Source: an uncultured Deinococcaceae bacterium (GTDB lineage Bacteria > Deinococcota > Deinococci > Deinococcales > Deinococcaceae). From it: a stretch of DNA of 64,000 bases. Location: contig CAXULY010000008.1 of NCBI GenBank assembly GCA_964252075.1, forward strand, positions 123,027 through 187,026, written 5' to 3'. Position 1 is the stretch's first letter. Every line of letters starts with the position of its first letter. Shown here one piece after another: positions 23,370-32,813 of this stretch. Position numbers and translations under genes: made by a program. The notes below the pieces were generated by a model. It worked only from the letters and a program-made list of their open reading frames with translations. It was not told the DNA's origin and searched no databases.

Positions 23370-24089
23370 ATGCCCGATTGGAAACACCTTCGCCGTTCAC
23401 CCCTGCTGCCCCTGGCGGCCCTGCTCGGCACCGCCCTCGCTGCCCCCGTCCTGCCCGGCAGCAACGTCGCCGAAAGCGCACTGAACAGCGCCCTCACCCT
23501 CCAGCCCACCGCGAGCGCTCCCGCCAGAGAGGCCGCGCCTGTAGTGGCCGCACCCGCGAAGGCCGCCGCGCCCTCTCCGGTCAAGGTGGCGCCCGCGAAG
23601 GTGATTGCCAAGGCGCCAGAGCCGAAACCCGCCCCCAAAAAGGCTGTGGTGAAGCCCGCACCGAAGCCGGCCGCCAAGCCCGCGAAGCCGAAGGCTGACA
23701 GCGCCGCCGAACTGCGCCAGAAGGCCATCCAGCAGGCCCAGCGTGCGGCGGCCGCACGTGGGGCGCGCAGCGCCATCGTGCGCGCCACCGCGTACAACAG
23801 CCTGGGCGCGCAGACGGACTCCAGCCCCACCATCACCGCGACCGGCACCCGCGTGCGCTTCGGCGTGATCGCCCTGTCGCGCGACCTCCTGCGCCGCTTC
23901 CCGTACGGCACCAAGGTGATGCTGCAAGACATGAGCGGACGCTACAACACCATGCTGGACGGCAAGGTTTTCGTCGTGGAGGACACCATGCACCCGCGCA
24001 TGAGCAACACCATTGACGTGTGGATGCCGTCGCGCGGGCAGGCCATGCAGTGGGGCGCCCGCAACGTGCGCATCACCGCCGTGCGCTGA
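23370..24089 (+). CDS. Exported 3D (Asp-Asp-Asp) domain cell-wall protein with Pro/Ala/Lys linker
   Basis: Signal peptide; ATAYNS..QTD..P.ITATG, VEDTM, IDVW, WG. Confidence 0.88.
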   Translation: MPDWKHLRRSPLLPLAALLGTALAAPVLPGSNVAESALNSALTLQPTASAPAREAAPVVAAPAKAAAPSPVKVAPAKVIAKAPEPKPAPKKAVVKPAPKPAAKPAKPKADSAAELRQKAIQQAQRAAAARGARSAIVRATAYNSLGAQTDSSPTITATGTRVRFGVIALSRDLLRRFPYGTKVMLQDMSGRYNTMLDGKVFVVEDTMHPRMSNTIDVWMPSRGQAMQWGARNVRITAVR

Positions 24090-24107
24090 ACTGGCGCGCG
24101 AGGAACC

Positions 24108-24134
24108 GGAGGGGCGCCGCTGCGGCGCCCCTCC
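24108..24134 (+). terminator. Hairpin after the 3D-domain gene
   Basis: GGAGGGGCGCCGC-T-GCGGCGCCCCTCC. Confidence 0.6.
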
Positions 24135-24208
24135 TCGCATGCGTTACACTCTGCAACGACCGTGACGCGCCCTCCCTTCATCCTCGCTGACCGCGTGCGC
24201 GCCGCTTC

Positions 24209-25381
24209 ATGACGGGTGCCCCACGGCCGCTGGCCCTCACGCTGGGCCTCGCGCTGCTGCGCCGCCGCCGCAGCCAGAACGTCATCACGGTGCTGGGCAT
24301 CGCGATCGGCGTGATGGTGCTCATCACGGCGCTCAGCCTGACGAACGGCTTCTCACAGTCCCTCATTGACGCGACGCTGCGCGCCACGCCGCAACTCACG
24401 CTCACGAACTACCAGCTCGTGGCCCGCAACGCCGCGCTGGAGGCCGCCCTGCAGGGGAACCCCGCGGTGCAGGCCAGCGGGCCCTTCCTGGTGGACAAAG
24501 GCCTCCTGATTCGCCCCGCGTCCGGCTCGCGGGCGCCCGGGGTGGACTTCGCGACGCTGTTCGGCGTGCTGCCGCAGGAAGCGAAGGTACTGCAGCTCCG
24601 ACCTGAGGAAGAAGCGCTGCTGGGCCGCCTCAAACCCGGCGAGGTGCTGCTCGGCAGCGCCCTCGCGCAGTCCGTCGGTGCCTTCACGGGCGACAGCGTG
24701 CGCCTCATCAATAGCGCGCAGCGGCGCAGCAGCCTGCGCGTCGCGGGGCTCTTCAACACCGGCAATTACCTGATTGACAGTGGGTACGCCTTCGTGCGCC
24801 TAGAGACCCTGCAGCAACTGCAGGGCACGCAGGACATCGGCGGATACCACGTGCGCCTGCGCGACCCGCAGCAGGCCCCACAGGTCGGGAATCAGCTGGC
24901 CGCGCGGTTCGCAGTGAGCCCCCTGCCGTGGCAGCGCCTGAACGCCAGCCTGCTGGATCAGCTGGCCCTGCAGAAGCGCGTGATCAGCTTCGTGGTGTTC
25001 CTGATCGTGATTGTGGCGGCCTTCGGGATCGCGAACGTGCTGCTGCTGACCGTCTTCGAGAAAACGCCGGACATCGCGATCCTGCGCGCCATCGGGGCGC
25101 GCACGCGCGACATCACACTCGCGTTCGTGCTGCAGGGCTTCACGCTGGGCGTGCTGGGCCTCCTCTTGGGGGACCTGCTTGGCCTGGGCCTCAGCGTGTA
25201 CTTCCAGGTTCGGCCCTTCCAGATTCCCGGTGACCTGTACTTCATCAGCGCGCTGCCCGTGGAGATTCATGTGACGGACGTGCTGTGGGTGAACCTCGTG
25301 AGCCTCGCCACGACGCTCCTCGCGGCGCTGCTGCCCGCCCGCCGCGCCGCCGGCATCGAACCCGCCCGCATCATCCGCTGA
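24209..25381 (+). CDS. LolC/E (FtsX/MacB-type) ABC permease
   Basis: IAIGVMVLI..LS..NGF, EK..DIAILRAIGA, PARRAA. Confidence 0.9.
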   Translation: MTGAPRPLALTLGLALLRRRRSQNVITVLGIAIGVMVLITALSLTNGFSQSLIDATLRATPQLTLTNYQLVARNAALEAALQGNPAVQASGPFLVDKGLLIRPASGSRAPGVDFATLFGVLPQEAKVLQLRPEEEALLGRLKPGEVLLGSALAQSVGAFTGDSVRLINSAQRRSSLRVAGLFNTGNYLIDSGYAFVRLETLQQLQGTQDIGGYHVRLRDPQQAPQVGNQLAARFAVSPLPWQRLNASLLDQLALQKRVISFVVFLIVIVAAFGIANVLLLTVFEKTPDIAILRAIGARTRDITLAFVLQGFTLGVLGLLLGDLLGLGLSVYFQVRPFQIPGDLYFISALPVEIHVTDVLWVNLVSLATTLLAALLPARRAAGIEPARIIR

Positions 25382-25422
25382 GGGCGCCGGGCCGCGCGGT
25401 CCGGCGCCCTTCATCGCGCGCC

Positions 25423-26385
25423 TTACTGGAAGAGTGAGCTGACGCTCTCGCCCGTGTGAATGTGCTGGATGGCCGTCGCGAACAGCGGCGCGACGGACAG
25501 CACCTTCAGCTTGCCGTTCGACGCGTCAATCTTGTCCTGCGGCACCAGCACGGTGTTCGTGCTCGCCACCTGCACCGCGTCCAGGTCGTGAATGCGCTCA
25601 ATGGCCGGGCCAGTGTACACGCCGTGCGTGGCGGCCACGTGCACCTCCAGCGCGCCCATCTGCTTCGCGAAGTTCACGGCCTCCACCACGGAGCCCGCCG
25701 TGCTGATCTCGTCGTCCACGATGAAGACCTTCTTGCCGCTCACGTTGCCGATCAGGGCGCGCGGCTCCACCTTCAGGTCCGACACGCGCTGCTTGTCGAT
25801 GAACGCGAGGCCGCAGTCCAGGCGGCGCGCGATGGCGCTCGCGCGCTTGATGCTGCCCGCGTCCGGCGCGAGCACCACGCCGTCCTGCGCGTCCGGGACG
25901 GTCGCGCGGATGTGATCGGAGATCACCACGTCCGACGACAGGTGATCCACGGGAATCTTGAAGAAGCCGTGCACCTGCGGGCTGTGCAGCGTCATGGTGA
26001 GCACGCGGTCCGCGCCCGCCGCCTGAATGAGGTCCGCGACGAGGCGCCCCGCGATGGAGATGCGTGGGGCGTCCTTCTTGTCGCTGCGCGCGTAACTGTA
26101 GTAGGGGATGACCGCCGTCACGCGCGCCGCGGAGGCACTCTTGGCGGCGTCGATCATCAGCAGCAGCTCCATGATGGCGTCGCTGACGGGCGTGGAGAAG
26201 CTCTGCACGACGAACACGTCGCCCTCGCGCAGGGACTCCTCGTAGTGAACGATGATGTTGTCGTTCGTGAACTTCTCGGTGGTGCTGCGGCCCAGCCGGA
26301 TGCCGAGGGCGCGGCAGATTTCTTCCGCCAGCGGCTTGTTGCTCTGCCCGGAAAACACCATCAACGGGCCACGGTTGATATTCAT
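25423..26385 (-). CDS. prs: Ribose-phosphate pyrophosphokinase
   Basis: [29 protein letters not shown]. Confidence 0.95.
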   Translation of the reverse strand: MNINRGPLMVFSGQSNKPLAEEICRALGIRLGRSTTEKFTNDNIIVHYEESLREGDVFVVQSFSTPVSDAIMELLLMIDAAKSASAARVTAVIPYYSYARSDKKDAPRISIAGRLVADLIQAAGADRVLTMTLHSPQVHGFFKIPVDHLSSDVVISDHIRATVPDAQDGVVLAPDAGSIKRASAIARRLDCGLAFIDKQRVSDLKVEPRALIGNVSGKKVFIVDDEISTAGSVVEAVNFAKQMGALEVHVAATHGVYTGPAIERIHDLDAVQVASTNTVLVPQDKIDASNGKLKVLSVAPLFATAIQHIHTGESVSSLFQ

Positions 26386-26554
26386 GCACGCGCAGCATAT
26401 CAAGTGCCGTCGGACATTCGGCCCTGCGGGAGCGCTCATGCAGGCCACGAAGGGCTGAAGACCGCGGGCGCTCCAGCCGCCGCTTCTAGCCTGATGGCTT
26501 GCACCAGCCGCCCCGCAAACCTACGATGAAGGTCATTTCACGCTGGAGGTACGA

Positions 26555-28129
26555 ATGACCCACTCAAAGATGCTTGCGCTCGCCGTCACCCTCGGAATGA
26601 CCCTGGCCGCCGCGCAGTCCGCGCGTCAGAGCACCCTGGTGATCGGCGGTGACTTCTCCGACCTGATCACCGCCGACCCCGGCGTGTCCTACGAGTTCTC
26701 CGGCACCATCGTCACGAACAACCTGTACGACACCCTGGTGGCCTTCGAGGGCAACGACCTCAAGACCATCCGCCCGCGCCTCGCGCAGAGCTGGACCGTC
26801 ACGAAACTCCCGGATGGCGGAAGCCGCCTCACCTTCAAGCTGAAAAACGCCAAGTTCTCCAGCGGGCGGCCCGTGACCGCCGCGGACGTCGTGTACAGCT
26901 ACGACCGCGTCATTCAGCTTAAGACCCCCTCCAGCTTCCTGTTCACGGACGTCGCGAACATGAAGGTCGGCAGCACCAAGGCCGTGGACCCCAAGACCGT
27001 CACCATCGACATCCCGAAAACCGCGAACCCGAACATCGTGCTGTCCTTGCTGACCTTCAACACGGGCGGTGTGATTGACAGCACCGAGGCGAAGGCGCAC
27101 GTCGTGAACAACGACTACGGCAGCAAGTGGCTGATGGACCACAGCGCGGGCAGCGGGCCCTTCACGCTCAACCGCTGGGACCGCAGCTCACAGGTGGTGC
27201 TGGACGCCAACCCCAACGGCCTGCGGCGCTCCATCAACATCAAGCGCGTCATCATGCGCTACATGCTGGAGTCCGCCGCGCAGCAGACGGCCCTGAACAG
27301 CGGTGACATCGACGTCGCCTGGGATTACACGCCGGACGCCTTCACCGCCGCCAGCAAGAACGCGAAACTCAAGGCCCTCAAGACCGACACCTTCCAGCTC
27401 GCGTACCTCGGCATGAACTCCGCGAAAGGCAGTCCCTTCGAGGACGCCCGCGTGCGCGAGGCGGTGCGGTACGCCATCGACCAGGACGGCATCATCAAGA
27501 GCCTCCTGAGTGGCCTGGGCCGCAAGACGCAGACCATCATCCCCATTGGCCTCGCGGGCTCGAACGCCGCCACCCCGTACAGCTACGACCCCGCCAAAGC
27601 CAAGGCGCTGCTCGCGGCGGCCGGGAAGGCGGACGGCTTCACGGTGGACTTCCTGGTCTCGACCGGGTCGTGCTCCGGCGGCGTGCCGTGCGCGGACCTC
27701 GCCGCGAAGGTGCAGGCGGACCTCGCGAAGGTGGGCATCAAGGCGAACATCAAGCAGCTCGTGAACGCGGAACTCCTGAAGACCTACCGCGCGCAGAAAG
27801 CGCCCCTCATTCAGGTCGCGTGGAGCCCCGACTACCCGGACGCGGACGGCAACGGCACGCCCCTCGCGGATTACAACGCGAAGTCCCTCGCGTGGCGCAA
27901 CGCGTGGCAGAACGACGCCGCCAGCAAACTCGCGCAGACGGCCGCCATCGAGTCCGACCAGAGCAAGCGCGTCGCGCTGTACAAGCAGCTCACGGACCTG
28001 CTGGTGAAGCAGGGGCCGTACGCCATCCTGTACCAGCCGTACAAGCCGATCGTCACGAACGCCAGCGTGGTGGGGTTCCTGCGCAACGCGAACGGCGACG
28101 TGCAGTTCGAGAAGGTCAGCAAGAAGTAA
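26555..28129 (+). CDS. Peptide/nickel ABC transporter substrate-binding protein (family 5)
   Basis: YDTLV..PRLAQSW, GSGPF, RVREAVRYAID; GGAGG RBS. Confidence 0.92.
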   Translation: MTHSKMLALAVTLGMTLAAAQSARQSTLVIGGDFSDLITADPGVSYEFSGTIVTNNLYDTLVAFEGNDLKTIRPRLAQSWTVTKLPDGGSRLTFKLKNAKFSSGRPVTAADVVYSYDRVIQLKTPSSFLFTDVANMKVGSTKAVDPKTVTIDIPKTANPNIVLSLLTFNTGGVIDSTEAKAHVVNNDYGSKWLMDHSAGSGPFTLNRWDRSSQVVLDANPNGLRRSINIKRVIMRYMLESAAQQTALNSGDIDVAWDYTPDAFTAASKNAKLKALKTDTFQLAYLGMNSAKGSPFEDARVREAVRYAIDQDGIIKSLLSGLGRKTQTIIPIGLAGSNAATPYSYDPAKAKALLAAAGKADGFTVDFLVSTGSCSGGVPCADLAAKVQADLAKVGIKANIKQLVNAELLKTYRAQKAPLIQVAWSPDYPDADGNGTPLADYNAKSLAWRNAWQNDAASKLAQTAAIESDQSKRVALYKQLTDLLVKQGPYAILYQPYKPIVTNASVVGFLRNANGDVQFEKVSKK

Positions 28130-28233
28130 GGGTGGGCGTCACGCGCGCGTGACGCCGCGACCGCCCTCCACAACGTCAGGGGCCGGTGGGACGCGCCCGC
28201 GTCCACCGGCCCCACGGTCATGAAGGAGCCGAT

Positions 28234-29241
28234 TTGCTGGGGTACATCCTGCGTCGTCTGGGCTTTCTGGTGTTCGTGCTGTGGGGCGTGAGCCTGGCGG
28301 CCTTCTTCATCTCGCACGTGGTGCCCGCCGACCCGGCCGCCGCCGCGCTGGGCAACAACGCCCGCGAGGAGCAACTCGTGGAGTTCCGGCAGAAATTCGG
28401 CCTGGACCGCCCCGTCCCCGTGCAGTACCTGCGGTACACCGAGGACCTCCTGCAGGGCGACCTGGGCACGTCCCTGCGCACGCAGCGCAGCGTCGCCGCC
28501 GACCTCGGGCAGTTCTTCCCGGCGACCCTGGAACTCACGCTCGCCGCCGTGATCTTCGCGGTGGTGATCGGCCTGCCGCTCGGCATCATCGCGGCGCTGT
28601 ACAAGGACCGCGCGCTGGACCTCGTGGCGCGCACCTTCGCGCTCCTCGGGGGCGCGACGCCCGTGTACTGGCTGGCGATCCTGCTGCTGAACCTCTTCCA
28701 TGAGCACCTCGGGTGGCTGCCGGGGCCCGGGCGCCTCGACCCGTACAACCTCGCGCCGCCCACCGTCACGGGCCTCTACACGGTGGACGCCATCATCGCG
28801 CACGACCCCGCCGTGCTGCTCGACGCGCTGTACCACCTGATCCTGCCCGCCATCGTGCTGGGCGCGTTCTCTGCGGCGCTCCTCACGCGCATGGCGCGCA
28901 GCGCGATGCTGGAGGTGCTCAGCCAGGATTACGTGCGCACCGCGCGCGCCAAGGGGCAGCTGGAGCGCCGCGTGATCCTCCGCCACGCGCTGCGCAACGC
29001 CGCCCTGCCCATCCTGACGGTCGCGGCGGGCCTCTTCGGGAGTCTCCTCACGGGCGCCGTGCTGACCGAGACCATCTTCTCGTGGCCCGGCATCGGCGGG
29101 TACGCCACGAGTTCCGCCGTGAGCCTGGATTTCCCGGCGGTCATGGGCGTCACCCTCATCGCGGGCCTCGTGTACAGCGTCGTGAACCTCATCACGGACC
29201 TGCTGTACGCATGGCTCGACCCGAGGATCAGCTACCGATGA
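28234..29241 (+). CDS. Peptide ABC permease (DppB/OppB-like)
   Basis: TTG start after AAGGAG; GLDRP..QY, DYVRTARAKG, ETIFSWPG. Confidence 0.92.
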   Translation: MLGYILRRLGFLVFVLWGVSLAAFFISHVVPADPAAAALGNNAREEQLVEFRQKFGLDRPVPVQYLRYTEDLLQGDLGTSLRTQRSVAADLGQFFPATLELTLAAVIFAVVIGLPLGIIAALYKDRALDLVARTFALLGGATPVYWLAILLLNLFHEHLGWLPGPGRLDPYNLAPPTVTGLYTVDAIIAHDPAVLLDALYHLILPAIVLGAFSAALLTRMARSAMLEVLSQDYVRTARAKGQLERRVILRHALRNAALPILTVAAGLFGSLLTGAVLTETIFSWPGIGGYATSSAVSLDFPAVMGVTLIAGLVYSVVNLITDLLYAWLDPRISYR

Positions 29242-30089
29242 CGCGCGCCGCCTTCAGCCCGAACGCGGCCCTCGCGCGCCGCTTCCGCCGCAACCCCGGC
29301 GCCATGCTGGGCCTCATCATCGTGGCGCTGCTGCTCCTGATCGCCCTCGTCGGGCCGCTCCTGACCGGCAACCCCACCGACCAGGCGCTCGCGGACCGCC
29401 TGCAGGCGCCCAGCGGCGCGCACTGGCTGGGCACCGACCAGCTGGGCCGCGACGTGCTCGCGCGCGTCGTGAACGGCGCGCGCATCTCCCTGCGCCTCGG
29501 GGTGTTCGTGGTGCTGCTGTCCCTCGCCATCGGCATCGTCGTGGGCCTCACGGCGGGCCTCACGGGCGGCGTGTGGGACGACGTGCTCATGCGCATCACG
29601 GACATCTTCCTGGCCTTCCCCAGCCTGATTCTCGCTATGGCGATCTCCGCGGCGCTCGGGCCGAGCCTCACGAACGTGCTGATCGCCGTGGCGGTGGTGT
29701 CGTGGCCCGCGTACGCAAGGTTATTGCGCGCGCAGGTGCTCGCCCTGCGCGAACGGGAGTTCGTGGAGGCCGCCCGCGCGGTCGGCGCGTCCAGCGCCCG
29801 CATCGCGTGGCGGCACCTGCTGCCGAACACCCTCGCGCCGCTCCTCGTGCAGGCGAGTTTCGATGTGGGCGGCGCCATCCTGACCGCCGCCGGGCTGGGT
29901 TTCATCGGCTTCGGCGCGCAACCCCCCATCCCGGAGTGGGGCGCCATGGTGAGTGAGACGCGCAACTACATCGGGCAGGCGCCGTGGGCGTCCAGCGCGC
30001 CCGCCCTCGCCATCCTGCTCACGGTGCTGGCCTTCAACCTGCTGGGTGACGGCATCCGCGACGTGTACGACCCCAGGAACAGCCGGTAG
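29238..30089 (+). CDS. Peptide ABC permease (DppC/OppC-like)
   Basis: LGTDQLGRDVLAR, EFVEAARAVG, FNLLGDG; ATGA overlap. Confidence 0.92.
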   Translation: MTRAAFSPNAALARRFRRNPGAMLGLIIVALLLLIALVGPLLTGNPTDQALADRLQAPSGAHWLGTDQLGRDVLARVVNGARISLRLGVFVVLLSLAIGIVVGLTAGLTGGVWDDVLMRITDIFLAFPSLILAMAISAALGPSLTNVLIAVAVVSWPAYARLLRAQVLALREREFVEAARAVGASSARIAWRHLLPNTLAPLLVQASFDVGGAILTAAGLGFIGFGAQPPIPEWGAMVSETRNYIGQAPWASSAPALAILLTVLAFNLLGDGIRDVYDPRNSR

Positions 30090-30094
30090 CGGAA

Positions 30095-30132
30095 ACTGGA
30101 GGGAGGCGGGCCGGAGGTCGCCTCCCTCCAGT
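30095..30132 (+). terminator. Hairpin after the ABC operon
   Basis: ACTGGAGGGAGGCG...CGCCTCCCTCCAGT. Confidence 0.65.
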
Positions 30133-30245
30133 GGGTCAGCGTGACCCCCGACGTGACGCTTCTGGTGTCAGAGGGGCGGGGGAGAGGCCACCGCGTGGAC
30201 CACGCTGTGGGCTAGACGCCTCGGCTGTGCAGCTGCACCACACAT

Positions 30246-30278
30246 GAGAGGGGGAGGCCGATTCGGCCTCCCCCTCTC
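30246..30278 (-). terminator. Hairpin after dnaJ
   Basis: GAGAGGGGGAGGCCGA-T-TCGGCCTCCCCCTCTC. Confidence 0.65.
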
Positions 30279-30288
30279 GTTGTTCGAT

Positions 30289-31419
30289 TCAGTCGCGCCG
30301 GATGGCTTTGCCGAGTCGCTCGAAGAAGCCGTCCTTGTGCTCGGTGATCTCCTCACCGACCGCGCGGGCGTAGGACTCCAGCGAGGCGCGCGCCTCCGGG
30401 CTGAGGTCCTTGGGTTTCGGCACCACCAGTTCGAACAGCACGATCAGGTCGCCCACGCCGCTGCCCTGCAGGCGCGGCATGCCCTGGCCGCGCAGGCGCA
30501 GGGTCTCGCCGGGCTGCGTGCCGGGCTTCACCTCAATCTCGCGCTCGCCGTCCAGGGTGGGCACCATCATCTTCCCGCCGAAGGTGGCTTTCGCGAAGCC
30601 CAGGCGCGCGGTGTGGATGAGGTGCTCTGCCTCGCGGCGCAGCTCGGGGTGCGGCTCCATCTCGATGTGCACGTACAGGTCACCGTTCCCGCCGGCGCCC
30701 TCGTGCCCCATGCCGCTCACGCGGATGCGGTAACCCTCGTCAATGCCGCGCGGGAGGCGGACGCTGGCCTTCTCGGGCTTCAGGGTGCGGCCACGCCCAC
30801 GGCACTCGGTGCAGGGGTCCTCAATGATCTGCCCCTCGCCGCGGCAGGTGGGGCAGGGCTGTTGCGTGAGCATGGTGCCCAGGATGGTGCGCGCCTGCAC
30901 CTGCACGACGCCCGCGCCGCCGCAGTTCGCGCAGGTGTGCGGGGGCTTGCCGCCCGGTTCGGTGCGCGTGCCGTGGCAGTGCTCGCACTCGGAGAGGCGG
31001 TCGATCTCCACCTCGATCTCGGCGCCCTCGCGCGCCTGATCGAGCGTGATGGTCGCGGTCGTCTCGATGTCCTCGCCGCGCGCGGGGCCGCGCCGCCCGC
31101 CGCCCTGACGGCCGAAGAGGCCGCCGCCGAAGATCTGCTCGAACAGGTCGAAGGGGTCGACGCCCGCGCCGCCCATCCCGCCGAAGGGGTCGCCCATGCC
31201 GCCCGCGGCGGAGGGCGCGCTGCCGAAGCGGTCGTAGTGCGCGCGTTTCTCCGGGTCGGAGAGGACGGCGTAGGCCTCGTTGATCTGCGTGAATTTCTCT
31301 TTGGCGTCCGGTTCCTTGTTGCGGTCCGGGTGGTACTGCAGGGCCAGTTTGCGGTACGCCTTCTTGATGTCGTCGGCGCCCGCGTCCTTGCTCACACCGA
31401 GCAGCTCGTAGTAGTCCAT
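30289..31419 (-). CDS. dnaJ: Chaperone DnaJ (class A)
   Basis: J domain with HPD, G/F region, four CxxCxGxG-type repeats. Confidence 0.97.
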   Translation of the reverse strand: MDYYELLGVSKDAGADDIKKAYRKLALQYHPDRNKEPDAKEKFTQINEAYAVLSDPEKRAHYDRFGSAPSAAGGMGDPFGGMGGAGVDPFDLFEQIFGGGLFGRQGGGRRGPARGEDIETTATITLDQAREGAEIEVEIDRLSECEHCHGTRTEPGGKPPHTCANCGGAGVVQVQARTILGTMLTQQPCPTCRGEGQIIEDPCTECRGRGRTLKPEKASVRLPRGIDEGYRIRVSGMGHEGAGGNGDLYVHIEMEPHPELRREAEHLIHTARLGFAKATFGGKMMVPTLDGEREIEVKPGTQPGETLRLRGQGMPRLQGSGVGDLIVLFELVVPKPKDLSPEARASLESYARAVGEEITEHKDGFFERLGKAIRRD

Positions 31420-31577
31420 GGGTCCTCCGGCGGCGCGGGCGCCGCCTTATGCCTCATGTTAACACGACCACGCTCAAGAGAACTGGAGCGCGGGCGCGCA
31501 GAAGATAAACAAGTCAGCGAGCGCATGTCTGCACTCGCCGCCCCAACATATAGGTGCGTCGCCCGACACCATGCCGG

Positions 31578-31793
31578 TCAGTCTGAGGCGCTCACCGCTT
31601 CCCCGACCGTCACGCCACCCACGGTGGCGCACCCACCTTCCACGAGGTCCAGCAGGGCGAGGGCGCGGGCCAGCCGTTCCGCTTTGTGCAGTGCATCGGT
31701 CCGGCAGACCTCGTGGCCATCCTGCATGACGGAGACGTATTGGGCACGGCTCTGCTCGCGCGAGCCCAGGCGCTGCGTGAAGTAAAGCTTCAT
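31578..31793 (-). CDS. Small hypothetical protein
   Basis: 71 aa ORF with TAGAGT and GAGGG upstream; fills an otherwise empty gap. Confidence 0.45.
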   Translation of the reverse strand: MKLYFTQRLGSREQSRAQYVSVMQDGHEVCRTDALHKAERLARALALLDLVEGGCATVGGVTVGEAVSASD

Positions 31794-31868
31794 GACGCCC
31801 TCACTCTACATCCATAAACCTGACAACGCACTGACAGACTGTGGCGCCGCACCCCACAATGGCCAGGC

Positions 31869-32420
31869 ATGACCGACGCCTCCAGCTACCTCGTCCCCGA
31901 CCTGCTCGCGCCGAAGCTCACCCTGGTGCTCTGCGGCAGCGCGCCCAGCCGCATCAGCGCGCAGGCCCACGCGTACTACGCCAACCCCGCCAACAAGTTC
32001 TGGCGCACCCTGCACGCCACAGGGCTCACGCCGCGCCTCTTTGCGCCGCAGGAGTACCCGCTGCTGCTCGAACTCGGCATCGGCCTGACGGACGTCGCGA
32101 AACGCCACAGCGGCAACGACGCCCAGCTGCCCCGCGAGGCGTGGGCACCAGACGAACTGCACGCCAAATTGCGCCGCTGGGCGCCCCGCATGCTGGCCTT
32201 CACCTCCAAACGCTCCGCCAGCGAGGCGCTCGGCGTGCCCACCGGCCGCCTCCCGTACGGCCCGCAGGCGCAACCGCTGCTGGACTGCGAGGTATGGGTG
32301 CTGCCCAGCACCAGCCCACTCGGGCACAACCACTTCACCCTCGCGCCCTGGCAGGCGCTCGCGGACCGCTACCACGTACTGCGCGGCCAGCCGCCCCACC
32401 CCCCGACGCGCACGCCATGA
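31869..32420 (+). CDS. mug: Mismatch-specific uracil DNA glycosylase
   Basis: LVLCGSAPS, YYANPANKFW, GLTDVAK, VLPSTS. Confidence 0.9.
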   Translation: MTDASSYLVPDLLAPKLTLVLCGSAPSRISAQAHAYYANPANKFWRTLHATGLTPRLFAPQEYPLLLELGIGLTDVAKRHSGNDAQLPREAWAPDELHAKLRRWAPRMLAFTSKRSASEALGVPTGRLPYGPQAQPLLDCEVWVLPSTSPLGHNHFTLAPWQALADRYHVLRGQPPHPPTRTP

Positions 32421-32813
32421 CGGGCAACCACGTCCTCGACCTCACAGTCGTGCGCCAGGCCGCCTTGTTGGCCAACTGACCCGGACTGCGTTGGTGCACC
32501 CACGCGGACTTCTGGACAGCGCCAACACCCTTACCCACCTGTGGCTTCTCGCTCGGGCGGGCGTGCTGGGCATGCCCGACGAGCAAAGCGCCGCCTGGTC
32601 CCTCGGCGCCTTTGTGACCGGGCTGGGGCGGACAGGCAGGGGCTCTTCCTCCCTGGGAGACGTGTGTGGGCCTGAGCAGCCTGCGCTACACCAGTGAGGC
32701 CGGCCGCTCAGGCGGCGGGGCGATCAGCGCGTCGCGACGTGGGCGCCCTCAGCCAATCGGGCGGTGCGGGCCGTGAACGCTTGACTGGGCGTCCGGCCCG
32801 CACGTCCACCGTG

